From: an uncultured Thermodesulfobacteriota bacterium
GTDB taxonomy: Bacteria; Desulfobacterota; WTBG01
DNA length: 64,000 nt
Assembly: GCA_964580455.1 (NCBI GenBank)
Contig: CAZOKO010000001.1
Coordinates: 2,992-66,991, forward strand
Direction of reading: 5' to 3'
The translations under genes and the position numbers were made by a program. Below the pieces are notes generated by a model. It did not search any database. It was not told where the DNA came from and saw nothing but the letters and a program-made list of their open reading frames with translations. Positions within the stretch are counted from its first letter, which is position 1, and the number at the start of each line of letters is the position of its first letter. Positions 20,851-30,651 of this stretch are shown here, piece by piece.

Positions 20851-21819
20851 CTATTGTAGGTATTTTTTGAGCTTCCTTAACCACCCGACCATAGTATTGG
20901 GCATAATCAAACTCATTACCAGGTTGACTAGATTCCCTGTATCACGCCATGATAAGAAGTGAGTAGAAGCTTTGAACATTGACCAGGCACCTCTCACGTC
21001 TCCACTCTGAGCCAATAAAATAGCATTACCAAGTATCTTATCAGAGAAGTAGCGTTTCCAAAAAATACGTCCTCCCTTCTCTCCATACCACCCATAAACT
21101 TTTTTCTCCCACTTTCTGTTAAAGATCCTGAAGGCCTCAATACGTTTACAGGCATCTGTCATCATCCTTGGTCTATCGTCCTCATAAATAATAACACATG
21201 CTTCCCTTAATACCCTTGCATTATAATTCATATCCGCCATTTTCATCCAGATATCATGCTCATTATGCGCAGGCAAATCTAAATCATATCCACCCATCTC
21301 TTCGAAACAGGTTCTTCTGAAAAGATGAGATGATGGTACAGTACTTAATCCACTATTCAAAATACCGTTTCTGATATTACCATCAAGTTTAGGCATGTTT
21401 ATCAAGGGTATCCTGTTACTGTCCACAAAGATTTTCGCTCCACAAGTAATTACCGCACAATCCGGTCCTAATCTCTGAGCTAACTGTACTTGTTTTTCAA
21501 TCTTCTCTGTCTCCCATTGATCGTCATCATCTAAAAATGCTATGTACTCTCCCTTTGCATTTTTGTTACCTGTCATTCTCGCTGTTACACCACCTTTGTT
21601 TTTGTTGTGTCGCACGTATAGTAACCTATTGCCAAAGTTCCTCACCAATGCTTCTGTTGCGTCATCTGAAAAATCATCTACAACAATGAGCTCAATATTC
21701 TGATAAGTTTGATTGAGGACACTTTCTATGGCACGGGGAACCAATGCACATCGGTTACGCGTCGTGATCACCACACTTGCTAATCCTTTAACGAAATTCT
21801 CCATTTTACTTTTTCTCAA
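20851..21819 (-). CDS. family 2 glycosyltransferase
   Basis: …SVVITTRNR…ELIVVDDFSDD… motifs. Confidence 0.75.
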   Translation of the reverse strand: MRKSKMENFVKGLASVVITTRNRCALVPRAIESVLNQTYQNIELIVVDDFSDDATEALVRNFGNRLLYVRHNKNKGGVTARMTGNKNAKGEYIAFLDDDDQWETEKIEKQVQLAQRLGPDCAVITCGAKIFVDSNRIPLINMPKLDGNIRNGILNSGLSTVPSSHLFRRTCFEEMGGYDLDLPAHNEHDIWMKMADMNYNARVLREACVIIYEDDRPRMMTDACKRIEAFRIFNRKWEKKVYGWYGEKGGRIFWKRYFSDKILGNAILLAQSGDVRGAWSMFKASTHFLSWRDTGNLVNLVMSLIMPNTMVGWLRKLKKYLQ

Positions 21820-22843
21820 AAGCGTTTACCATTGCAACAACTTTTTGGATTTCGACATCTGTTAAAAAAGGATGTATTGGCAGTGATATTACTTCATTCG
21901 AAAAAGCAATAGCATTCCTGTAGTGACCATCATCATAACTACCACTGCTAAAACACGGCTGTCTGTGTAAAGGAGTTGCATAGTGAACCATCGTTTGAAC
22001 ATTATTTTGGGAAAGAAAGGACCTAAGATCATTGCGATATTTTGATCTTATGACAAACTTATGATATACATGGCAACTGCCCTCTTGTTCATACGGTAAA
22101 ATGCAGGCATTACTGATGTTATTGCGGTAGTAGTCTGCAATTTCTCTTCGACGGGTCAGCCACTCTTCATTCAGCCCCAGTTTATAATTTAAAATTGCGG
22201 CTGTTAAACTTGGCATTTGTGAATTGTAGCCAAGGCACACAAAGTCGCCACCATCCCTGCCGTGATAACGCACCTGTGCAATCTTCTCAGCTAACTCCTG
22301 ATTGTCAGTTAACACCATCCCTCCACTTCCCGGAGCACCAATTACCTTTGTCGGATCGAAGCTCACACAACTTAACAGACCGAGTGATCCGGCTTTTCTC
22401 CCCCCATAACTTGCACCAAATGCCTGTGCAGCATCTTCAATAAGAATAAGATCATGGGAATTGGAAAAATACTCTATATCCTCAGGACTTCCCATTTTCC
22501 CAAAAAGGTGAACAAATATAATAGCTTTCGTCTTAGCTGAGACTAGCGAATCTGCGTTCTTCAAGTCCATATTGTATGATTCATCTATATCTACAAAAAT
22601 CGGCTTTGCACCAATCCTGAGAATACAAGACGCTGAGGCTATAAAGGAATAATCCGTAACAAGAACCTCATCTCCAGCCTCAACACCCGCACTCAGGAGA
22701 GAAAAATATAGTGCATCAGTACAGGAATTGACTGCAATAGCATACGTGCGATCACAGAAAATGGCGGTATTCCGTTCAAATTGTGATACTTCTTCCCCCT
22801 GTAAAACCTTGCCATGTGAAAGCACCGCATACACAATGCTCAT
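21806..22843 (-). CDS. DegT/DnrJ/EryC1/StrS-family PLP-dependent sugar aminotransferase
   Basis: Characteristic fold-I sugar aminotransferase sequence over 345 aa. It overlaps the downstream GT2 by 14 bp. Confidence 0.8.
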   Translation of the reverse strand: MSIVYAVLSHGKVLQGEEVSQFERNTAIFCDRTYAIAVNSCTDALYFSLLSAGVEAGDEVLVTDYSFIASASCILRIGAKPIFVDIDESYNMDLKNADSLVSAKTKAIIFVHLFGKMGSPEDIEYFSNSHDLILIEDAAQAFGASYGGRKAGSLGLLSCVSFDPTKVIGAPGSGGMVLTDNQELAEKIAQVRYHGRDGGDFVCLGYNSQMPSLTAAILNYKLGLNEEWLTRRREIADYYRNNISNACILPYEQEGSCHVYHKFVIRSKYRNDLRSFLSQNNVQTMVHYATPLHRQPCFSSGSYDDGHYRNAIAFSNEVISLPIHPFLTDVEIQKVVAMVNAFEKK

Positions 22844-22931
22844 GTATTCTTCTTGCAGAATCTGGAAATCTCTGTCTAATCCAAAAAACGGTATTGTATA
22901 GTCGATTATTTGTGAAATAGCACTACCTCCT

Positions 22932-23573
22932 CTATTTGTTCATGCGAATAAGCTTGGCGGGAACTCCAGCCACTACTTCGTGATCCTTAACATCCTCCGT
23001 AACAACCGCTCCCGCAGCAACAACACAATTGCTGCCGATGGTGATCTTCGGTATTACAGTAGCTCCGGTATAAATATAGGTTTTTTCTCCCACTATCACG
23101 GTACCACCTAAGGAAACACCTGGTGCTATATTACAATAATCCCCTATCTGATTGTCATGCTCAATAACTGATTGTGGATGGATAATTACATGATTGCCAA
23201 CAATAGCATTGGGCTGCAGTGTCGCATGAGGACTAATTATACACCCCCCACCTATCTTACAAAAGGGCGATATTACAGCCCTTGAACTAATACTGTTACC
23301 AAATGAAAATCCATAGTTTGATAACAATTTAACCGCCTTACTCTTTTTCTCCATATCTCCATGTGCTACAATTATCTTTATCTCACTGGTTGAAAATCGT
23401 TTAGTTACTTCTTCAATTCCACATAAAACTTCTACACCGTTTATGTTCGTACCAATCATCAGGCCGGTCTCCATATCAACCGCCCCGATAATATCGTAAT
23501 TCTTATCAATACAAACACTATCTATTACATAACGAGCCTGAGAACCACACCCAATGATCAGAAGTCTGTGCAT
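22932..23573 (-). CDS. PglD/NeuD/WbpD-type sugar N-acetyltransferase (left-handed β-helix)
   Basis: N-terminal Rossmann-like …LLIIGCGSQARYVID… and C-terminal hexapeptide repeats (…IGDYCNIAPGVSLGGTV…). Confidence 0.75.
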   Translation of the reverse strand: MHRLLIIGCGSQARYVIDSVCIDKNYDIIGAVDMETGLMIGTNINGVEVLCGIEEVTKRFSTSEIKIIVAHGDMEKKSKAVKLLSNYGFSFGNSISSRAVISPFCKIGGGCIISPHATLQPNAIVGNHVIIHPQSVIEHDNQIGDYCNIAPGVSLGGTVIVGEKTYIYTGATVIPKITIGSNCVVAAGAVVTEDVKDHEVVAGVPAKLIRMNK

Positions 23574-23581
23574 GTTTTCTC

Positions 23582-24562
23582 CTAACCTTTAGTTATTCGA
23601 AAAGCCTCTTCCAGGTATTCAGCATATTTTACTATCCCCTCCTCGAGATCGTGCGTAGGTAAATATCCCAAAAGAGTCTTAGCCTTTTCAATATCCAACG
23701 CTCCCCTATCAGGACGAAAGCTGTCACCTTCAACATAGTCAATCTCACTATTGGGATACACTGCCATGATAACCTCCAGCAGTTCTTTAAGGGTTCTGCC
23801 CCTTCCCCTGGTTATATTAAAAACCTGGTTGTGGGCTTTCTCCGAAAAGGTAACCAACTTTATCCCTTTGGCTACATCTTCGACAAAGGAAAAATCCAGA
23901 ACTGTCTGTTCTGCGTTCTTTGCTCTAATCTTCTCCCCTTTTACCGCATTGGTCAGAAAAATTCCAACCACTCTTCTATTGTTGTCAGTAGGACCATATA
24001 TTGCGGATGGCCTCACAATTGAATAAGGCATGTCATACCGCTGAGAATACACTTTCACCATATATTCTCCCGCCAGTTTCATTCCTCCATAAATCTCTTT
24101 AGGTTCTTTTGCACAATCTTCCGGTATCGGGACTTTTTTGAAATCTCCATACACCATACTTGAAGAGATGTACACGAATCTGGAAAGATAATTTCCATCA
24201 CGCAAAACCTCTAGAAGGTTTACCGTACCCCCCACGATAGTGCCAAACGCTTCCTCACTATACTCTATAGCCATATTCGCCAAAGGTAAAGCCGCGAAAT
24301 GAACCACAAGCTCCGGCTTTATACTTGAGAACTTTCTTCTCAACTCATCTTTGTTATTGGTATTGCACCTTACTACCTCAGCATTATTTATAAGCTTTTC
24401 AAACCTGTAATTAATATTATACGCATAGAGAGGTTTGATAGGAGGGAGTATATATTGATTAAACGCATCTAATACAAAAACATCATGGCCCTCTTCCGTA
24501 AGTATTTTTACCAGATGTGAACCAACAAAACCTGCTCCTCCGGTAACTACTACTCTGGACAT
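23582..24562 (-). CDS. NAD-dependent nucleotide-sugar epimerase/dehydratase (SDR)
   Basis: TGGAGFVGSHL Rossmann motif and YxxxK region. It is adjacent to the aminotransferase/acetyltransferase pair. Confidence 0.7.
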   Translation of the reverse strand: MSRVVVTGGAGFVGSHLVKILTEEGHDVFVLDAFNQYILPPIKPLYAYNINYRFEKLINNAEVVRCNTNNKDELRRKFSSIKPELVVHFAALPLANMAIEYSEEAFGTIVGGTVNLLEVLRDGNYLSRFVYISSSMVYGDFKKVPIPEDCAKEPKEIYGGMKLAGEYMVKVYSQRYDMPYSIVRPSAIYGPTDNNRRVVGIFLTNAVKGEKIRAKNAEQTVLDFSFVEDVAKGIKLVTFSEKAHNQVFNITRGRGRTLKELLEVIMAVYPNSEIDYVEGDSFRPDRGALDIEKAKTLLGYLPTHDLEEGIVKYAEYLEEAFRITKG

Positions 24563-24564
24563 TC

Positions 24565-25500
24565 TTACCCCCTTTGTAGAAGTTTATTGATAAATTTAAA
24601 CCACTTATCTATTCTTATATTTAACAATGATATAATTCTTAACGCACAACGCAAAGCACTTTTGCCCTCATTTAATTTTACATATGCTCTTATCATATCA
24701 TATAATATTTTCGACTCAGCCTCAGGATATGGCTTAAAATCTTCCCGGAATTTAGACAATCTCATCATGGCTGATTTTATATGATTTCTCAAACTCTCTT
24801 TTGAATTAACGCCTATTCTGTCTAAGTGTCCTATATGTACCTTGCACAGTATCTCGGAAACGTAATCCACCTCAAAATGCTTCGCAATTCTCCGGATAAA
24901 GTCTCCATCATTACCCCTGGGAAGTTCTTCGTCGAAGTATCCGACCTTGTTAATTACCTCTCGTTTTATGATAATGGTAGGACATCCACCAATTGCCTGT
25001 CTGTCTAGCATTTCAACAAAAACATTTCCGCGAAGCTTCGGAGCGCACACGTTAATAGACTTTCCATTATGGAAATATTCCATCCACGCATACACTAGCC
25101 CCGTTTCCGGTGAAGAGTTTTCAATAATTGGCATCTGCACTTCCAGTTTATTGACCGTCCATTCATCATCGTCATCTAAAAAAGCAATGTATTCCCCCTT
25201 GCTAGCCTTTATTCCAGTATTTCTTGCCGCTGATGCTCCTTTTGATGTGTCGTGCTTGAAAAAACGAATCCGAGGGTCATCATATGAGGCAATGACTTCA
25301 TCGGTGTTGTCGGTTGAGCCGTCTGAAACAATGATCAGTTCAAAATCTTCGTAGTTCTGCCTCAGGACACTGTCGACAGCACGGTGAAGCATTTCCTCCC
25401 GATTGTGAGTCGGGATTATAACACTGACATGAGGCAAAGTATTTGCATTTGAAGTTTTTGAATCATTCCTCATAGAATACGCCTGAATAGATTTACACAC
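24565..25500 (-). CDS. family 2 glycosyltransferase
   Basis: …VSVIIPTHNR…ELIIVSDGSTDNT…. Confidence 0.75.
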   Translation of the reverse strand: MCKSIQAYSMRNDSKTSNANTLPHVSVIIPTHNREEMLHRAVDSVLRQNYEDFELIIVSDGSTDNTDEVIASYDDPRIRFFKHDTSKGASAARNTGIKASKGEYIAFLDDDDEWTVNKLEVQMPIIENSSPETGLVYAWMEYFHNGKSINVCAPKLRGNVFVEMLDRQAIGGCPTIIIKREVINKVGYFDEELPRGNDGDFIRRIAKHFEVDYVSEILCKVHIGHLDRIGVNSKESLRNHIKSAMMRLSKFREDFKPYPEAESKILYDMIRAYVKLNEGKSALRCALRIISLLNIRIDKWFKFINKLLQRG

Positions 25501-26333
25501 TGCAGATAGTTGGCTAGGAATAATAAATGAATTTTCTTCAGAAATGTAAGGTCTTTTGCCTTAAGGCAATCAAGTTGTGGTAGCCAATTTCTCCACGAAA
25601 TGCGACCGTGAGCTAGCAAACCTAACTGCTCAAGTTTTTTCTGTCCGATAGCGATCCGTTTTGATTTCTTACGGATTTTACTGAATGTTGAACGGGCTGG
25701 ATGCTTTACGATGGCGTCTGGAATGTAAATGAGTTTTTCGTTTTTCTGGGTGAGGCGCCGTCCAAACTCATAGTCACCTCCGGATATCAAGTCGTTGCGA
25801 AATAGACCGTACGTCTCGAAAAGACGACGTGTAGAAAAAAAATTGGCGGTCGCACCAAATCCAGCGCTTTGCACAAAAGCTTTTTGATTCAATTTTCGTT
25901 TCGAATCGAAATATTCGTACACATTAGGCTGGTCACTTTCAAAAAAAAAGGAGATGTGTCCCGCGCCGCATGTCGCGTTCTCCCGTTTAAGTGCTCGCAA
26001 CCCAGCCTCTATCCATTGTGGTTCAGGAACACAGTCAGAATCTGTAAAAGCCAATATTTTACCTTTAGCTACTTGTATTCCCTTATTTCGTGCGGCATAT
26101 GAACTCTGAATCTCATCTTCGATTACCATGTGAATGAACTGACGATAATTGCGGCAGTACCACTTAACTGTGTTTTGCGTATCATCATTGGAACCGTTAT
26201 CAGCAACAATGACTTCAAAATTATTTTTAGAATACGTCTGATGAAGCAATGCCTCAAGACACACATTGATATTTTGCGCGTCATTGTAAACCGGAACGAT
26301 GATCGATGCAACAAGAGACATGAAATATAACAC
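25470..26333 (-). CDS. family 2 glycosyltransferase
   Basis: …SIIVPVYND…EVIVADNGSNDDT…. Confidence 0.75.
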   Translation of the reverse strand: MLYFMSLVASIIVPVYNDAQNINVCLEALLHQTYSKNNFEVIVADNGSNDDTQNTVKWYCRNYRQFIHMVIEDEIQSSYAARNKGIQVAKGKILAFTDSDCVPEPQWIEAGLRALKRENATCGAGHISFFFESDQPNVYEYFDSKRKLNQKAFVQSAGFGATANFFSTRRLFETYGLFRNDLISGGDYEFGRRLTQKNEKLIYIPDAIVKHPARSTFSKIRKKSKRIAIGQKKLEQLGLLAHGRISWRNWLPQLDCLKAKDLTFLKKIHLLFLANYLQCVNLFRRIL

Positions 26334-26343
26334 CTCATTACAA

Positions 26344-27513
26344 TTAAATATTCATCTCTATCTTCTCCAGGAAATCCAAGGGAAGTCTTGTAATTTCGTA
26401 GATACGAGCCGTGTGTGTCACAGGGTCTTCATTATTTCTGCTCATCATATAAGTATTTTTATCAAAACAATACTCAAATTGCTTAGAAATCCAGTACCGG
26501 GCATCTTCAACATTCTGTCCTTTTTCTCCATCCAGCAGCACATACTTTGAAAACGGCACCTCGAATCCCGGAGGATTATAGGGAAATCCGAATTTGTTGT
26601 CGTTTAAACCATTTATATATTCTTCGGACTCAAGGAAATCTATACATTTTTTGAAAGAATCTGACTGCCAGAACGGGTGCTCAGGAATCTGTTCTTTTAA
26701 TATGCCAAAGGCATAGGTGTTAAAAGCATGATAGCCTATAGATTTATACACCATCTTCTTGTGTTTTTTTTTCTCCTGTTGTTCACCTGTCAAATAGCTA
26801 TCTGAAAAAAACACCTTCCTAAAAATTGTATTCGCGTTTTTGATAAACCGCTTTATATTTGCTTCGAGATTGTATTCTTTTCCTTGTTGACCATCAATAA
26901 GATGATCAATAGGATGATAAATCAATCCGTTATCCATAACTGCGAGGTTGCGGCTCAGGCAATCCATAAAACGGTTGATTCTTTGAATGATGGTACTTCT
27001 TTGCTGTCCCTTATGTAGCGAAGCACAGGCTGCAAACCAGAGTTGATGATTAAAAGTTGCGTCAAATCTGAAGATCTCGCCATCAATTTCGAGCCTGTTC
27101 CACAGCCCAAAGTCGCTATTAAAAGGATGTTGGAAAAAGACCTGCTCGGCCAACTCTGAATATTTCTCGTGCCCCAGGCAAGCCGCCGCCTTCGCCAACG
27201 CTTCGAAAGTCCACGCCTGGCCGATCAGACCATTGCACTTGTCCTTTCCCGTCTTGTTTCGATGATGAAAAGAATAACCGTGGGGCCGAGCTTCTTCGGA
27301 GCAAATATACGCTACGAGATCTCGTACAGTGTCACAGTACTTGATTTGGCCCGTCCATTCAAAAACGTTTGCGAAGGTAATCAACCAGTGAGCCCGATTG
27401 CGGACGGGCGTTTCGGGGTCATGGTAGGGCCCGTTATGTCCCGCGCGAATGAACTCGTTCGGATTCTCCAGTGCCTTGTCGGCTATCTGTACAAGTATAT
27501 CAGCAATATACAT
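26344..27513 (-). CDS. putative polysaccharide lyase/epimerase-like (α/α)-toroid protein (NHxxW motif)
   Basis: 389-aa soluble protein with no confident family match by eye. It contains …ATFNHQLWFAAC…, which resembles the catalytic N-H-x-x-W signature of alginate-lyase/heparinase-II/III-type folds. This is a weak assignment. Confidence 0.3.
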   Translation of the reverse strand: MYIADILVQIADKALENPNEFIRAGHNGPYHDPETPVRNRAHWLITFANVFEWTGQIKYCDTVRDLVAYICSEEARPHGYSFHHRNKTGKDKCNGLIGQAWTFEALAKAAACLGHEKYSELAEQVFFQHPFNSDFGLWNRLEIDGEIFRFDATFNHQLWFAACASLHKGQQRSTIIQRINRFMDCLSRNLAVMDNGLIYHPIDHLIDGQQGKEYNLEANIKRFIKNANTIFRKVFFSDSYLTGEQQEKKKHKKMVYKSIGYHAFNTYAFGILKEQIPEHPFWQSDSFKKCIDFLESEEYINGLNDNKFGFPYNPPGFEVPFSKYVLLDGEKGQNVEDARYWISKQFEYCFDKNTYMMSRNNEDPVTHTARIYEITRLPLDFLEKIEMNI

Positions 27514-27637
27514 TTTTCAAATCTATCATTGCAGCTTTAATAGTGGCAAGGCCCTTAAATTTATACAGTAATCCCCAATTGTTAGCAGAAGAATCTGCTA
27601 CTCACTCTGGTGCAGCGTGGGAGTAGTAAGGGTTTAC

Positions 27638-28486
27638 CTATATGCGACGACAGACATGAATCTTTTCATGCTTATGAATGCCATAACGGGTGATGGTCTC
27701 ACTAGGCAACTTCGCTGCAAAATCATCCAGCACTACCTCAAAACCCGCCTTACGAAGAAGATTCACAAAATCAGGTCCGTAGCGACGAACATGGTCTGGA
27801 TGCCCAAAGTGCGCGGCACGTGTTTCTGGTGTCGTAATGGTCTTATCTTCTATGATTTGTTCTGCCCAAATTGGAACCTGAATAATAGCTCTTCCTGTTG
27901 GTCTTAAAATACGGCAAAGCTCTTGTGCTGCTTTGAAATCGTCCTGGATATGCTCAAGGACATGATAGCAAAGAATAAAATCAAGCGAAGCGTCATCAAA
28001 TTTCAAATCAGTGATATCCATTAAGTGCGTAGGGTTTCGGTGTGGGGTAATGTCAATCGATACGTAGTCGATATCCGCATCATGGAAAAAGGCATTATAA
28101 ATAAACCTATTTGGTGCAATATCTAATACTCGTGCGCCTGGCTTTAAAATGTTTGGTTTATCTTTTAAATAAAACCATAATAAACGGTGCCGCTCACCAG
28201 CGCCGCAATTGGGACACAAGGCGTTGGCGACACAGATCCAATCCATGGCCAATAAACGTTTTCCATCGTCACTTTGCCAAAATGGTCGGTCCAGAGCCCC
28301 GGAGGGACGGAAACGATCAAACGACATCCCACAAAACGGGCACTCCACGTTATCCCCGGCGTATATTTTAATTCGGCGCCGGCGTTGATATTCTCGCCGA
28401 GCCTTTTGGGTAGAATTCAACACTGGTTTTAAAACAAATTTGGCCAAATTTTTGGGTAATCCCATATCCCGTGCTACTCCCCGCAA
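27638..28486 (-). CDS. class I SAM-dependent methyltransferase with N-terminal CxxC…CxxC zinc-ribbon
   Basis: CPFCG…CPNCG motif followed by the SAM motif I region (…GARVLDIAPN…) and a Methyltransf_11/23-like body. Confidence 0.6.
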   Translation of the reverse strand: MRGVARDMGLPKNLAKFVLKPVLNSTQKARREYQRRRRIKIYAGDNVECPFCGMSFDRFRPSGALDRPFWQSDDGKRLLAMDWICVANALCPNCGAGERHRLLWFYLKDKPNILKPGARVLDIAPNRFIYNAFFHDADIDYVSIDITPHRNPTHLMDITDLKFDDASLDFILCYHVLEHIQDDFKAAQELCRILRPTGRAIIQVPIWAEQIIEDKTITTPETRAAHFGHPDHVRRYGPDFVNLLRKAGFEVVLDDFAAKLPSETITRYGIHKHEKIHVCRRI

Positions 28487-30651
28487 TGAGTAATTTGTCG
28501 CTCAACTTCTAACGCGATATGTGCGGCACATAGTTGATGTTGCAAGCTGATAGGCCATTGGCTCTCTGTTTTCACAGCTCGAGCAAAAGCGGCGATTTCA
28601 GCGAAGTGCCCTTTGTCACCTGAATATTTCTGTCGTTTGTTTTGTGGGCCGAAAAATTCTAATTCCTCATAATCGTTCATGACAAGCACAGATTCGTCAA
28701 GATATCCACGCATATGTTCTTTAGGATAGGTTTTATGTCCCAATGTTGTGTAGGTCAAAGTTGCCAGGGAACCATCAGTAAATGATATCGTCGCAGTAAA
28801 GTTTTCGTTCGGGCTATGATCATTACCTGAAACACCAGCGTGGCTCACGGTAATGCTTCGTGGAACACTATCGATTAAATATAAAAATAAATCATAAATA
28901 TGACAGGCCTCGCCAAGATTGCGTCCACCGCCTTCTTCTGTACGAAGCCAATGGTCAGGGGAGAGTGCTCCGGAGTTTACCTCATAATTAATAATAACGG
29001 GAGACTGACGTTCTTGTATGATCGATTTGGCATCAACCATGAGTTGAGAAAATCGCCGGTTATACCCCGTCATAAGCATGGGCTTGTTTTTGGTGTTATC
29101 CTGATAGAAGGCCTTAATTTGGTCCAATTCATCCATCGTCAAAGCCAATGGTTTTTCCACAAATACGTTCTTTCCGGTCTGGAGGGCCTTCAGGGTCATT
29201 TTGGCGTGTAAATTGTGGCGCGTGCCGATAATGATAGCATCCAGTTCTGCGTCTTGCAGCAACTCGTCGTACGAGGTGGTGGCATAGTCAGCGCCGTACT
29301 GTTCGGCCACTTGCATGGCAGTGGCCCCGGTGCGGCTCATCACCGCGGCCAGGCGCACCTCACCCTCCAAACTTTTGAGCGCGGGCAGATGGACCCGTTT
29401 GGTAAATCGGCCAGCACCGGCCATGGCCACCCGAATGATTCCCCCGGTTGCTTTTGGTCGGATCTGAACCAGGTCTACGCGGGTTCGCCTTTTCTCGGTC
29501 AGAAGTTTATCGTCAGGATATTTGATAAAGATGGCACAGGGTCTATCGGTGCCATCTTTTAGGCGTTGGTAGGCTTCAGGCGCGACATCCAGAGGGAACT
29601 CTTCAGTCATCAGGGCCAAGTCCAGCTTTTCTTCGGCCAGCAAGCGCAGATATTCCTCCATGTTGCGCTTTTCAGTCCAGCGGACGTAGGCGTAGGGGTA
29701 ATCCAGTCCTTTCTCCTCATAGCGCTCGTCGTAGCGCCCCGGCCCGTAGGAGATTGAAGCCAAGAAATCTATCTCCTTACGCAAAAAAGGATTCTTTTGA
29801 ATGTTCATAGGAACTAAGCCGACCACAACCACCCGACCCTTCTGGCGCGTGATCTCCATGGCTGTCTGCACAATCTCGTCGCTTTGAGAGGCCGCCGTGA
29901 TCAGGCAGACATCAACTCCCATGTGTTTGGTAAAGCGATTGACCGGCCATTGAACTTTATCAGGGTCAGCATACGCTTCGTCAATGTCCAGCTCCTTGGC
30001 TCGCTCGACCTGTGTCGGGTCTATGTCGAAGCCGATCACTCGGGCGCCAGATAACTTTAACAGTTGTACGCTGATTAGACCCACCAACCCCAGGCCAATG
30101 ACGGCCACTGATTCACCCAGATGAATTTCGGCCCGGCGCACGCCCTGCATAGCAACAGCCCCCACCGCTACCGAGGCCGCGTTCTTCATGTCGGCCTGCG
30201 GAGGGATCATGGTGACCAGATTCTCGGGGACGACGACGAGTTCAGAGTGAGTGGCTTTGTTTGCTCCGGCGCAGGCCACCCGGTCGCCCGGCTGAAATAG
30301 GGTCACCCCCGACCCGACCGCTACCACCCGGCCCGAACAGGAATAGCCGATGGAGACCATTGGCCTAGTGGATGAGTCCTTTGGCCCTAAGTAGTCGAAC
30401 ACAGTAGATACAGTTTTCTTAACCCCGTGATTGCGCAGGTAGTTGATCAGTTTGTTGATCAAGGCCGGATTCTGGGCCATACGTGTAACCAGACCGGGTG
30501 GCTGTGATCCCATTGCTTCCAGCGTGGCCATCTCCGTACCAGTGCTAATCAAAGAATACGCCACCTCAACCAATATGTGTCCAGGTTGAAGCAGCGGCGA
30601 TGGCACTTCAATAACTTTCGCACCATTCACGGTAGAGAAAACTTGCTTCAT
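28474..30651 (-). CDS. fusion protein: N-terminal MDR (alcohol-dehydrogenase-like) domain + C-terminal Gfo/Idh/MocA oxidoreductase
   Basis: Residues 1–340 have an MDR Rossmann (…VAVIGLGLVGL…). Residues ~390–725 are a Gfo/Idh/MocA NAD-binding region (…RVAMAGAGRFT…) with its α/β C-terminal domain. Confidence 0.65.
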   Translation of the reverse strand: MKQVFSTVNGAKVIEVPSPLLQPGHILVEVAYSLISTGTEMATLEAMGSQPPGLVTRMAQNPALINKLINYLRNHGVKKTVSTVFDYLGPKDSSTRPMVSIGYSCSGRVVAVGSGVTLFQPGDRVACAGANKATHSELVVVPENLVTMIPPQADMKNAASVAVGAVAMQGVRRAEIHLGESVAVIGLGLVGLISVQLLKLSGARVIGFDIDPTQVERAKELDIDEAYADPDKVQWPVNRFTKHMGVDVCLITAASQSDEIVQTAMEITRQKGRVVVVGLVPMNIQKNPFLRKEIDFLASISYGPGRYDERYEEKGLDYPYAYVRWTEKRNMEEYLRLLAEEKLDLALMTEEFPLDVAPEAYQRLKDGTDRPCAIFIKYPDDKLLTEKRRTRVDLVQIRPKATGGIIRVAMAGAGRFTKRVHLPALKSLEGEVRLAAVMSRTGATAMQVAEQYGADYATTSYDELLQDAELDAIIIGTRHNLHAKMTLKALQTGKNVFVEKPLALTMDELDQIKAFYQDNTKNKPMLMTGYNRRFSQLMVDAKSIIQERQSPVIINYEVNSGALSPDHWLRTEEGGGRNLGEACHIYDLFLYLIDSVPRSITVSHAGVSGNDHSPNENFTATISFTDGSLATLTYTTLGHKTYPKEHMRGYLDESVLVMNDYEELEFFGPQNKRQKYSGDKGHFAEIAAFARAVKTESQWPISLQHQLCAAHIALEVERQITHCGE

